From: Vicugna vicugna
Taxonomy: Eukaryota
Direction of reading: 5' to 3'
NCBI GenBank assembly: GCA_013265495.1
Contig: MU058221.1
Coordinates: 4,218,001 to 4,282,000 of the forward strand
DNA length: 64,000 nucleotides
Part shown: positions 11,725-24,020 of the stretch, piece after piece
How positions within the stretch are numbered: the stretch's first letter is position 1
Layout of the letters: the number at the start of each line of letters is the position of its first letter
The notes under the pieces: model-generated
The model's input: the letters and a program-made list of their open reading frames with translations, nothing else
Told to the model about the DNA's origin: nothing
Database searches by the model: none
Position numbers and translations under genes: made by a program

Positions 11725-14700
11725 AAGAAGCTCAGTCATTGCCAATACCTGATCCCTCTCCCCTAATATGACAGCAGTAGCCACTCATCACACAGCTAAA
11801 ATACGACTTTATTTGGCTTTAATGTTTTTATATTCAAAAAGCCCGCTCCACTTCACGCATGCATATGTCTCTAATGATATCCCCTGAACTATATTCTGAA
11901 GTGTACTTAATCTGTGCTCATATTCTTGTTCCTTTTCCCACAAGACAGCATAAGAATTCAGTGCATCTGATCTTTAAAGAAATATAATCATAACCTTATT
12001 TTTTTATCCCATCCCATTTCTACAGAGCTCTACAGAAAGGGCAATTCTTGTTTTCAGGCATAGTAAATAGGGATGTCTCCTGAAATAAAACAAAGTGTCT
12101 ATCTATGCACCTCTTCCTCGAGGTACTTTTTCACTGTAATTTGGGGAAATACAGCCACAGAGCAAGATAGATCTGGATTCCTCATCTTGGTCTCCAACCT
12201 CCTGTTGTGAGTCTACTTTGGCGCCTTTCCAAGGACCACACTGAGACCTTTTTACCTGGTTTATGATGTGCTTATGGCTTTATTTTTTAATGAGCTTAGC
12301 CACAGGGGCCTCCCAGAGAATGAAGATCTCATTGAGGGGATAAATTGCTCCCTGCTTTAAGGTTCAAGAAGAAATTTCCCTTCTGCCAGTTTCCTCCTCA
12401 CTTCACTTCACCTAATTTGTTCAGCAAAAGCTTCCGTGCAGATACTATGTCCAAATCACCGAAGGGGCGGGTTAGTATATGGTCTTGGAATAACAGAGAA
12501 TTAATCTAACTGCTGGAGTATTAAAGGGGCCACCGCCACCTACGGTGAGAGAATTGGTTTCGGGAACCAGTGACCAGAGCAAGTACTAATAACCTTATGA
12601 AACAGGAAAAAGTAGCATCAGTTTATTTTTGCTGCATAAGTGTAGGAAAAAGAAACACCGTGGAGTGGGACAGGTGCAGCCATCAGGGCAGTTTGGTCCT
12701 CCAGAGGTGGACACATAGGTCAGCCTGCGAACCCTACCAAGAAGGTTTGCGGGACTGGAGAGCCCATGTTTCTACTCAGTTTTGGCGTCAAAGCTTAATG
12801 TCATTATTTTTTTTTTTAATTTACTGATTGTCTCTCTTTGATGACACCTGTCCAAGCAAGTGTGACCCAGAAGACTGGTCAGCCAGAAGTGGAAACCACC
12901 ATGGTGTAATTTCCACCCATTGGTTTCATTTCCACTTGTAGAACTTCCACATGGAAAAACAGAATCTCTAGACTGAGTGTCCACCCCTAAAATGTTCCAA
13001 GTCAGATCCGCATGTCTCAGGCCCCTTTATTTTTTTCTCTCATCAAAGTAAAATGATCTGGAGGCACAGAGGACAAAGAGAGTCTGAATTTCTCCTGGCT
13101 GTCAGTTACATCAAATTATAGATGTGAAGCACCAGCTTATATAGCGAGCCCAGAAACAGACCTGAGTTTGCCCCTGGGCAGGGTGAATTGCCCCAAAGGT
13201 GTGCTCCCTCCTAACCTTTGAGGGGCAGTATAGAAGGCAGAGGAGAGGAGCTGCTTTCCAGTTCCACCGGCAGCCTGGACCTCTTCCTCACGCCCTCCCT
13301 CTTCCCTGCCTTGGTGACCCCGTAATGGATGTGGTTTATAAGAGGCATAATGCCTTAGGTCATTGTCATTTTGATTAAGCTATAAACCTACCCACTTGTG
13401 AGAAGGAAATAGTCAGGCTTGCAAATCCTGTGGAGAGAACAGACCACAGGGCAGAGCAATTGAGTTTAAATAATTTAGAGATACCCAGTGAGATTATCCC
13501 CCTAAATATTTAAGACCCTGATGGAACAGGCCACTCCCAGTTGTTCAATGCTTTCTCTCCGGGAGAACTGCTGTCAGGGGAATTGCTGACTCATCTGAGG
13601 TTCTGTCTGAAGCCCCTTGACCCTCACAGCTTAGAATCTGGGCACAGTCCCAGGACGGAAAAGCAAGATCGCCGGGGTCCTTCTCTCGTCTCTTGTCTCT
13701 ACAAAGATGGCTCTCTTGTCTGTGCCTTCTGGAACAGGTGGCATTCCAGCATGTACATTGTGTGGCTATCTAGCAGACCCTCTGAATGAAATATGGGAAA
13801 ATATCAAACGCAGCACAGGATTAATTGGTTAATTAAAATATGTTCAGAGAAGGTTGTATTATGCCCCCATGTAAAGAGAGACAAAGAATTGCAAGGTATT
13901 GTCACGACTTTCAAAATATGCTCTCTGGACGGTGAACCAGATTGATGAATAACTTGAAATACAGGCTAATTAAGGCGACATGTAGTTAGGACAAATAAAT
14001 TGGGATTTAAGTAGCTCCTTCAGGGAGATGAAAAATTGGAACAAGTGAGTGAAAAGAGGTGGGAAGTGTTAGGGCTAATAACTGTCCCACAACCCTCCTC
14101 CTTTCCAGGGTCCTGGCACCTCATGAAAGAGAAAAGAGTAGTCAGTGCAGCAGAAGGAACCCCCCAGGGGGACAGGTACCCCTTGGACAGGCAGCGGGAT
14201 CCACTTGAGAGGAGAGTATGTGCCAGCCCAAGAAAAATCCATGCAAGGAACTTTGAGGGACTGGAGGCACCATCATTTTTCTAGTGGCTTCTGGAGTCAA
14301 AGCTTAATGTCATTACAAGTTTTATTTGCCGCTTCACATCCCTTTGATTGCACCTGCGGAGAGAATAAATCATGTAGCTGTTTGTTTTTTTCATACATGC
14401 TTCCTACAGTCCTCTACAGGGAGAACTCAGAATAAAAGCAAAGTGGCCTCCCCAGAGGAAACGGAAGCAGGAGCCCTTTGACAAGGAAAATAAAAGTCAG
14501 AGGATCCAGAAAAGGGAAGGACAGAGAAGGGGTAGCTGGACCCTGATGATCGCTCCATGTTGAAACCCCAGGGAGTGGAAGGTTGGTGGTGGTTTTAGAA
14601 ATAAGCCAGCTGGTTTGGGGGCCCCAGAGTACCGGCAGTCACTCCTCCGTTTGTTGGGTGAAGACTGGGGAGCTTTCTGGTTCTCCTGGACAATCTATAT

Positions 14701-15019
14701 GACTAGCGAGCACGTCCCCATCTATACGGTGGAATGGAAGTAAGCAAAGGAGGAGACTATGCAGAGAAAAGACCATAGATACTGACCCCAGGGATGCCCT
14801 CAGCTCCCCGGATTAGGGATCAGGAAGTCCCTGCCTGTACTCAGTCGGTGCTTGGAAGAGGGCTGAGTTGGGAACTGCAAGCCTGCAGTGGGGAAGCCTC
14901 GGTGGGGCGCGCAGCAGGAGCTGGGAGCCAAGCGGACCACAGGGCTGAGAGGTGGATTGTAGCCCAGCAGGAGCTGAGGTGAGGCAAGTCAGGTGATGGT
15001 GATGCAGGAAAAATGAGGT

Positions 15020-15265
15020 GCAAGAGGATGGAAGTTGAGTCCCTGGGACGTGCCCCACCAAGTGAGGGTCCTTGGCTTCACGCAGGAAAGAATTCAAGAG
15101 CGAGCCATAGCAGAGCGAAGGTGGATTTACTCAGAGAGATACATACTCCACAGACAGAGTGCAGGCTGTCTCCAAAGGCAAGGGAGAGAGCCCACAAGGT
15201 GTGGGGTTGTTAGTTTGTATCGGCTCAGTGATTTCATACGCTAACAAGTGGGAGGAGTATTATTT
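15020..15265 (-). mobile_element. ERV1-class LTR fragment (R/U5 end), same family as the 1.3-1.8 kb copy
   Basis: Contains ccttggcttcacgcaggaaagaattcaagagcgagcc and aligns with 1348-1520. Confidence 0.7.
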
Positions 15266-15888
15266 TGCAGCATGGAGATTTGCAAATGCTAAAAATCAAG
15301 AGCTTTCTTCCCCAAAGAGAGCTGCTTGTTAACTTTTTACCAGCATACCATTGCCTGGTCCTCACACCTCCTCCTCCCGACCTCAGAGTAGAAATACGAG
15401 AAGTGAGGAGTGTTAGCAACGACATGGAAGAAAGGCTGCCCGGAGCGTGCTTGGCGAAGGAGAAGAGGCAAGCTGCTTCTATGTAGGGGGCAGGAGACTT
15501 ATCCTGGAAGATAAGGAGGGGTTTATATGCCACATCAAAGAGACAGGCCTTTTCCTCTTAATCATCAAGAAAATGTGAAGATTTTTGTGGAGAAGAATAG
15601 CACTGTGAAATGGGTACGGAAAAGTTACTTTCGAGGATATGTCAGATTGAATGAGGTGGGGGTAAAAAAAAGAATATATTTAGGAACCACAATAATAGAG
15701 TTTGTTAAATGGACCATGAGTGGATTGAGAAAGAAGTGGATACAAGTAGGGAGTCTAAAAGGAGAGATAAAAATGGGTGAAGAAAAGGTACAGTTATGTA
15801 AATCAACTCTTAATAATTAGCTTTGTTTACATATCTGTCATAGATCCCTATTTCCACTGAGATCACCTTTCCTAGGTCAGATTTGAGG

Positions 15889-16145
15889 TCAGAGTTGTTT
15901 CAAAATTAATGCTTCAACACTGTAAACTGACTATAACTCAATAAAATAAAATTGAAAAAAAAAAAAACCAGTGCTTCACGAAGATGGTCAATCTCCATCA
16001 GAGTCACCTGGATGGCTGTTCTAATACAGATTCCTGGGTTCCCCTCCAAGTCCTATTTAATCAGAATCTCTAGAAATGGGGCCTCGGAGCCTGCATTTTC
16101 CAGTCACTGCTGGGTGATTTTCAGGCACAGTAAATCTGAGATCAG
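15889..16145. mobile_element. MER5-like element interrupted by a ~50-bp L1 3' tail (15917-15967)
   Basis: MER5 motifs (tcagagtcacctgg, aatcagaatctct, ctgcatttt). Insert is ctgtaaactgactataactcaataaa plus poly(A), flanked by tgcttca repeats. Confidence 0.65.
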
Positions 16146-16529
16146 CTTTCTCAACTCAGTCAGCGTGCAGCCTGGTACTTTAAAAGTATTCTGACTTGAC
16201 TGGGATTTGCCGGAGTGGGAAGGAGCCATGAGTATAAGTTCATAACACATATGGTTAATGTAAGTTTAAAATATGGGGTTTCACCTTATTAACTTCATTG
16301 GCCACAGATGGCAAGACTGAAACTGTCTCTTCCAGGGAGATCCTCAATTTTTCCCCTTTTTCCAGTTCACAGACCTCTTCCTTCAGGCTTTGGATGTATG
16401 AATCAGTTTTTCTTGATTCTTTGCATCATTGCCACTCCAAGCCCACGCTGACTGCTTCTGCTGCTCCCTTCATTCGTGACGAGGTGGAAAAGGGACCCGT
16501 TCTGGGCCTTCGGAGGAGGACACTTGGTA

Positions 16530-16710
16530 AAACTGAGTCTGAGTCAGAGGCCCTGATATTTACTAGTTTTGTGACCTGATGCTAGTAAATTTTGATCTGC
16601 AGTTTCCTCATGTATGAAATGGGAGAGGGGGGAGGAATCAAAAAAACCTTTAGCAGGTTAAAATGAGACTACTATGTGTACGTACATGTGTGATCTGCTT
16701 AAGAAACTGT
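16530..16710 (+). mobile_element. MIR fragment
   Basis: Core tgtgacct...cagtttcctcatgtatgaaatggg. Confidence 0.6.
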
Positions 16711-17627
16711 AGCTCCCATTTTTCTCATTTTCTATGGATTCAGATCAAAAGGACTATCCTGGCCGTCGTCCTTAATAACAAGGCAGAGTCCACCTGCCAC
16801 TCTCCAGGGGACACAGGCGGTGCACCGAGCTCCGGCAGCCATCTCGTCGGCATGCCCTAAGCGGCGCCCTCATTGTACTTCGGGGATTTGGGAGAAGGCT
16901 GTTCTCACAGCCCATCTTCTTTTTCAGTACAGCCTCCCTTCACCCCAAGGGCCTCTTCCTCTGTTGTCAGTTCTCCCGCTCTTTTCAAACCCTGGCTCCA
17001 CCAGCATTTCTGACCTGGTCCAGAGGCGTCTTGTCTCCAGAAGGGGTGTTCATGTTCCAACATCGTGGATTCGGAGATGCCCTGCCACAGGCAACTCCCA
17101 GGAATATAAATGCATCTCCCACCTCCCACTCCTGCCTTCTCGCTCCTCCTTGAGGCTGCGGGCACTTTTCCAGGGGAGGAGTTGTGTTGTATTTTGTTTC
17201 TCCACGGCAGTCTTCCTGAAAGCAGCCCCCTGTTCCCCAGATCCATCGTCTCCACCCTCCCCTCTGGGACCCTCGGGAAACCCTACGGCAGTGGTTCACA
17301 AGGGACTTCCTCTGAGACAGTGGCCTACCTCCCAATCTCCTATTTCTCTAATTAAAAGAAATTAGCCCCTCAGGGCTTTGCCCTTAGTTCTGTTCCCTTC
17401 TCTCCGGTGTGAGCATTCATATTAGTTTGACAGCACCCTCCATCTGAAGTCCTCATAATGACCTTGGAAATACCTGAAAGGAGCCAGAGGAGGAACATGG
17501 CACAGTTCCGGGGACAATGCTTTTATCTGAAAATAGGCAAATATGTAAGAAAGAAGGAAAGAGCTGTAACAAGAACATAATTTAAATAACATTTTAATTT
17601 AAATTTACTTGATTGTACATTGATTTA

Positions 17628-18080
17628 TATGTCAGCCAAGACAGGCAGGAAGTAAGTGGCATGATCAAATGGCAAAGCTGGGCAGGGTTTAATAAAAGAC
17701 ATTTACAGATGTGTGGGAAGGATGAAGGGAAACCAACAAGGGTCATGAATTACCCTAAGAGCAGACGTCTATTCCCATCCCTAGACCCAAGGGATCCTGG
17801 GAAAATCAGTAGCTGGAAGAAAGAACCACCCAGCTGGAGCTGTGAAGTTTGGTAGAGGGATGCCCTGGAGTTACAGCCCTGCAGGCAAAGGGCCAAGTGA
17901 ACAAGTAAGCTGACCTCTCCATCCATCTGATGAATCATTGCCCACTGGCCAAATCCACTCACAAGCCAGAGGGCAAGGGCAGCCTCTTAATGCGACCTGT
18001 AGAGTTTGGCTATGGGGGCCCAGAGCAAGGAGGATGGGGGTATCTGAATCCGGAGGAGCAAACAGTGAATATCCAGCCCA
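17628..18080 (-). mobile_element. LTR33-like ERVL LTR
   Basis: cccactggccaaatcc...aagccagagggcaagg...gcaaacagtgaatatccagccca resembles antisense LTR33. Confidence 0.65.
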
Positions 18081-18928
18081 GGGAAGAAAGCAAAAATTAT
18101 ACTAGTTTTTAAACTTCAAGAACGAGACTTGAAATAAAATTAGAGCTTAAGAAAAACCCACTTGGGCTCATCACTATGTTCAGAAAGAGAATCCAGGGTC
18201 TGCTGCTTATTAGAGACCCGATAAAGGGTTGAAAATCAAGGCTTGAGAGAAAATGTTTTCTGGTGCTTAAGCAGAATGAATGATTTCAATAGTGAGAGCT
18301 CCATGCTCCTCGCAGGCCTGACAGAGAATTTCAGGCCCTGCGGTGCCCCCGGGTTACACATAAAGTGCCCGCTGATCTGCCCCTGCCTGTTACCTACATC
18401 CATCACCACCTGCGAAGCTGTGGCCAAAGGAAACAGCTCCCAGGTGTGCTGTGGCGTCTCTGCTAGAGAACTGTTCCGTCCCTTCAAGAGGGGTCCTGTG
18501 TCAAATTCACCTGGGAAACCTTAACTCTTACATTTCTGGCTTGTAGATTCAAAAAGCAGATCAGAATCCTAAAGGTTCTTAGAACTTCTGGAAGGGTCAA
18601 AAGCCTGTTTTAGGTTTTCACCTGGGTTTCAACCTAATCTCTGCTTCACTCGCGGCATGGCCTTAATTTCTTGCAGCTTTGCTTCTCCACGCATGAAATA
18701 GAGACACTTACTGTACTTTTTTCAAAGAATCACAGTGAAAAATAAATGAGAAAATTTCTCAAGTATATCTTGGCAATAATAAGTACTCAAACACGGCAGC
18801 CAGTTACAGCAGTAGCTAGGTTAGAATTTTCATCACTATCATTGCCTGTTTAATTTAACCCACAGATTTTCAGAAGAACCTGAGCAAATCGATCTCACAT
18901 TCTAGCATGTGTTAAGAGCATATGGCTG

Positions 18929-19686
18929 CACCCGCACTGCTGGTGGGAATGTAGTTTGGTGCAGCCACTATGGAAAATAGTATGGATATTCCTCAAAGGA
19001 CTAAAAATAGACCTACCCTACAATCCAGCAATCCCACTCATGGGCATATATCTGAAGGGAACTCTAATTCAAAAAGATACATGCACCCCAGTGTTCATAG
19101 CGGCACCATATACAATAGCCAAGACGTGGAAGCAACCTAAATGTCCACTGACAGATGACTGGATAAAGAAGCTGTGGTATATTTATGCAATGGAGTACTA
19201 CTCAGCCATAAAAAATAATAAAATAATGCCATTGGCAGCAACATGGATGGACCTGGAGATTGTCATACAAAGTGAAGTAAGCCAGAAAGAGAAAGAAAAA
19301 TAGTTATGTGTGGAATCTTAAAAAAAAAAAAAAGACAAGCAAACTTATTTACAAAACAGAAACAGACTCACAGACATAGAAAACAAACTTATGGTTACCA
19401 CGGCAGGAAGAGGGTGGGAAGGGATAAACTGGGAGTACGAAATTTGCAGATGCTAACTACTATATATAAAATAGATAAACAACAAGTTCATACTGTACAG
19501 CACAGGGAACTATATTCAATATCTTGTAGTAACGTATGATGAAAAAGAACATGAAAATGAATATATGTATGTTCATGTATGACTGAAGCATTGTGCTGTA
19601 CACCAGAAATTGCCACATTGTAAACTGACCATACTTTAATAAATAAATATATATATACACACACACATATATATACACACCAAAAA
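18929..19686 (+). mobile_element. 5'-truncated lineage-specific L1
   Basis: ORF 18956-19303 is the ORF2 C-terminus. The 3' UTR is very similar to the 6106-6923 copy, and the tail has decayed into (TA/CA)n. Confidence 0.92.
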
Positions 19687-19769
19687 GAGCTTTCCCTTTT
19701 GCATCAAAACTTGCGTCCCAGTAATGTGCAACAACCAATCTTTATACTGCCACTCTCTATAATCTAAAG

Positions 19770-20025
19770 ATTCTGTTCAATGTCCCTGGCATGTGCCTTC
19801 CTCCTGAATGCAAGGGGACTCCTGCAACTCCAGGGATTAGGTCCACATTCAAGGCAGAAATAAAGCAGGAGGGAAACAGATAGAGACACCTTCTCCCCCA
19901 GAGCCTTTGACTTTCGAGGGGAAGAGACAATGAGTCCAGCAGCATCTGCTTACTTATCTCACGACTAGAACTGATTCACAGTGCCTTTGATATAGCTGCA
20001 AAGGAGTCTGAGAAAATCAGTATGG
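19770..20025 (-). mobile_element. Old MaLR (MLT1J/K/L-like) LTR fragment
   Basis: ctagaactgattcaca...agctgcaaaggagtctgagaaa motif. Confidence 0.5.
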
Positions 20026-20234
20026 AGCTGCCCAGGGTAAATCAGAATCTCGTTAGTAAAGAGCAAGGGAGCGAGGATATCAGCCAGGCAACAGGGTCCA
20101 CTATGCCCAGTGATCTGAATTCAGACACTGTCTGAAGAGACTGTGGGTGAGCAGCGCCTGGAAACATGCACCCCACACCCATCCAGAAGGTCTTTTCTGA
20201 TTTATCATCTGTCCTCTTACATATTTTATGCATT

Positions 20235-20385
20235 TATTTTATTGTCTCTCTTTTCTACTTGGAAATAAGTTTGATGTGGGCAGGAATTTTTGACTCTTTG
20301 GTCAAAATGTATTCTGTATTTCCCAATGCTTAGAACTGTGACTGGAACAGTTAAGTACTTAATATTTGTTGTATGAGTAAATGAT
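20235..20385 (+). mobile_element. L2 3' end
   Basis: gggcagga...cccaatgcttagaactgtgactggaaca...atttgttgtatgagtaaatga. Confidence 0.6.
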
Positions 20386-20701
20386 TATTAATCCCTGCCA
20401 GGGACTCAGTGGATCTGAGCTCCCCTTGCAAACGGTGGAAAGGGCGTGAGAGAGGAGCTAAATACAGGTGCTGAGATGTCCATACTTACATCCTTGTAAA
20501 ATTCTTTGGAACTGTAAAAAGAAACTTTTGAAAAACTTATCCATAAGCATGGCCTCACAGCTACTACTAAAAGGCTCTGTAGTTGAAAAAAAAAAGTGGG
20601 GGGAGGTAGAACTAAAAATAATTTAACTTTACCTATAACCTATGGAGTTTAGAGCAATTCCCCACAGCAGGACTACAGCAAAAAGAGCCAAGGGCGAGAA
20701 A

Positions 20702-20720
20702 CCGCCACCAGGAGGCGCTA
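20702..20720 (+). promoter_or_regulatory. Candidate CTCF binding site
   Basis: ccgCCACCAGGAGGCGCta has one mismatch to the core consensus CCACCAGGGGGCGC. It lies in sequence I do not recognise as repeat. Confidence 0.6.
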
Positions 20721-21799
20721 CTGAGAGATCCTACATGTCCAAAGATGGCATTTGGAAGATGTCCTCAGGCCAGGAAGACATCTTGGCTTGGAGATTCCCA
20801 CGGCTCTCTGCCATCCCCACGTGATTACCTCCACAAGAGGGGAACACTGGCTCTGGTCTTCTACTTTGCATGAATGAGAAGACTCTAAGGATCAATATCC
20901 ATTATACTCTTTACCAAAATGAGAGAATATCACTTCCCTAGTAGTAAAAGTGGCGGCAAAGGTCAGTGAGGTCTTCTCTTCTCAGAGGGGGAAAGAATTA
21001 GAAACACAGGGTGAGGATTCCCTGACTAGAAAGATGCAAAACAGCAACCTGACACTTAGTTTCATAGCACAGAGAGTCCAGGCGGGGTCGCAGGAGAAGG
21101 GCACGTCCCATGTGCCAAGCCACTTGCAGGCAGAGTGTGAGGTCTGGCAGCCTAAAGACTTACCAGGCGAAAACGCTGGAAATCAAAATCTTCAGTAATG
21201 TGAACGAATGATCTATTAATTACCTCTCATAATGGGCTAGTAATTGCCTCACTTTTGGTCTGAAAATTGCCTGGCATTAAACTAACCACCTGCAAAGATG
21301 GGTTACAAGGGTAAAATTACAAAAGTTAAAACACCCACCTTCCTATTACAGATGAGTTGACTGAAAATGTTATACAGACATTCTGGGATTTTACCTGAGT
21401 TAACATTCTAAGGAATAAAAAGGATGCATTGGAAGAAATTCTGTGCTTGTTAAATTCCATTTAAAATGGCTTTGCTTGTATAATTTTATTGATCTACTAA
21501 GAAGTTATCAGATGATATTTTATAAAATCAGGGTATGCACCTAAAATGCACTTAACATTTGCTCTGCAGGTAAACAAGATGCATGTTTTCTGCTTCCAGG
21601 TTCTCAGAAGTTGATAAAATTAAAAGTAAAATTGTATACACAAAAAGATGGAGATGTCAACACTGTAGATATGAAAAGTGTAGATATGCAAATGTAGATA
21701 TTAAATATACTAGACGTAAAATTAGAGAGATGGCACTTTGCTGTCTAAAGAATCCCACCCAGACTTGGAGAAAACCATGCTCAAACGCCTGAGATATCA

Positions 21800-21970
21800 T
21801 TTCCTCACTGTGTGACCTTGGGTAATGCACTGCGTATTTCTAAAATCCAGTTTTCTGATCTATGAAATGAAGATCTGTTTTTTTCCCCCTAGAGTTAAAT
21901 GATTTAATGGGAAAACCAAGCAAATGTGCTTAGCATCCTGCCTGGCAAACAGCCATTTCTTGATCATTGT
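21800..21970 (+). mobile_element. MIR fragment
   Basis: ctgtgtgaccttgggtaa...cagttttctgatctatgaaatg...gcttagcatcctgcctggca. Confidence 0.6.
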
Positions 21971-22210
21971 TTGTCAAATATGAAACCAAACAAATATAAA
22001 AGTCGAGGCAAGAGAGTAAAATAAAGCCTTCCTGACCAGCTTTTTCTACTTTAGGAGGCTCCTAATGTATGAGAGTTGGTGGGTCATGAAAAACCTCCCT
22101 CCTGAAATTGTTCCCCATCCTGGCCCTGTTTTGACTTACAAGTCTCTATATCATAATTTCAGTTGAATTAAGGCAAGCAACCACATTTTAAAATTCATAT
22201 GTTTGATATT

Positions 22211-23504
22211 TATAATAAACAGCATACTGGCCTCCAAAGATGTCTGTGCTCTAACCTGCAAATATGGTACCTTACATGGCAAAAGGGATTGTGCAGATGT
22301 GCTTAAATTAAGGACTTTGAAAGGGAGAGACCACGTTAGATGATCTTGGTGGTCCCAATGTAACCACCTAGTCCTTAATCAGAGAATGTTTCCAGGTTTG
22401 ATCAGAGAGGTAAGACAGAAGAAGGAGGAGGAGAGACACAAAGCATTTACTAAGTTCAACCTGCCATTGCGAGCTTTGAAGATGGAGGAACGGGTCAAAC
22501 GCAGGCAGGGTCTACAAGCCGTTAACTGCCTTCGGTTGACAGCCAGGGATCTCAGTCCTGTAACCATAAGGAATTGAATTCTGCAGACAACAGGAATGAA
22601 CAGGAACCAGATAATTCCTCTAGAGTCTGCAAAAAGAGCCCTGCCAACACTTTGGTTTTAGCCCAGGGAAACCCCTATCAGACTTCTGGCCTATGGAACT
22701 GCAAGATAATGCATTTGTGTTATTTAAGCCATATGTCGTAAGGAATTTGTCCGTAGCCCAAGGAGAAGTCTAGTCTTTGACCTCACCTATTAGATGGTGA
22801 CCCCATGCCCCTGAAATGCTGAAATGTCCTACCTGATAAAAATGTCTTTGTTTGCCTGGGGGCTTTGTCCTCCAGGTGATCTAAGAATGGGAGTTATACT
22901 GGGGGCTTTGGACCACATACTATGACCTCCAATCTCTGAAGGAACAAAAGACTAAACATGTTAGCCTGACATCAAGAGAGGCTGGAGACTGACCATCAAC
23001 CACCCGGGCAATACGTGATTGAACCTTAAGAAAAATTCTGGACACCAGAATTGTGGGCGAGCCTCCCTGGCTGACAGTACTCTGTGTGTATTGTCACACG
23101 TGGTGGCCTGGAGGAGGCAACGCCCTCCCTGACTCCAGTGGGAGAGGAGGCCAGAGGCTCTGCACCTGGACCTCTCCAGACTTGGCTCTCTGTGTCTCTT
23201 TCTTTGGTTAATTTTATCCTGTGTCCTTTTCCCATAATCAGTCATTCAGTGAGTGGTGGGTTCTTTCAGGGAGTTCTGTGAGTCATTCCAAAGAATGATC
23301 GAAGCTGAGAGACCCTCGGGCAGCCCTGAATTTGCAGCCAGCGGGTCTGCAGGGAGCAATGCTGGGAACTTCTAAACTTGGGGCTGGTGTCTGCGGGGAG
23401 GGCAGTCTTGTGGAAACTGTTCCCTCCGACTTTGCCATGTGGCTAACTCTGGGCGAGCTACTGGATTTTATAATAAGTTGTTAGAGGAGCAACAGAAAAT
23501 ATAC
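22211..23504 (+). mobile_element. MLT1D-like MaLR LTR split by a nested LTR (parts 22211-22733 and ~23470-23504)
   Basis: taccttacatggcaaaagggattgtgcagatgtg...gctttgaagatggagg...tttgtgttatttaagcca; the terminus gcaacagaaaatataca follows the insert. Confidence 0.75.
22734..23465 (+). mobile_element. MER68/MER77-like ERVL LTR nested in the MLT1D
   Basis: cctgataaaaatgtctttgtttgcctgggggctttg...gagttctgtgagtcatt...gagggcagtcttgtgga. Confidence 0.7.
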
Positions 23505-23539
23505 AAAGACTAATACTAATAAAAACTTAAATACGAATA

Positions 23540-24020
23540 GCCCACGGGGAGTGCCTCACTGTAAGAGGGTGGGCTTGGACTGGTAAGTGTTAATGGGGAC
23601 GGAGCTGGAGAAGAGTAGAGTAAAGCTAAGGGAGCCAAGTGCCAGTGGGAACCACCGCGGAGAGGTCCCCCCGGGGTAGGGGCGGCCCCGCGGGAGGAAT
23701 CGCCCCACGAATATTCAGTCAAGGAACAGAGGGGCTTAAGGGACAACGCCCAACTCCAACAGCCACAAGGGAGTTTCTGCCAGCCCACACACAGAGTTTC
23801 CTTGCCAGACCCTGCTTTTCAAGTAGAGCTTTAAGAACTCTCTCCTGGGTGCAATTACTGGTCCATAAACCTCAATCCCAAAACAACGAAAAGAGCCAGG
23901 GCAGCCTCTTTCTACGAATTCACGTTTTAACGATCTGGCGGTAGGTGAGGAGTGTGTGTTCCGATGCGCTGTCTCCCCCGTTATCCTCAGCCCCGTCTGT
24001 TACGCAGTCATCACGGGCCC
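23540..24020. promoter_or_regulatory. Small GC/CpG-rich patch, possible promoter or enhancer
   Basis: Clustered CpGs, a GC box-like GGGGCGGC at 23679-23686 and a consensus donor CTG|GTAAGT at 23583. Confidence 0.3.

Noticed and set aside
16820..17365. 181-aa ORF
   Set aside because: It starts at GTG, is Ser/Pro/Leu-rich and has no recognisable domain. Overlapping ORFs on both strands are expected in GC-rich DNA.
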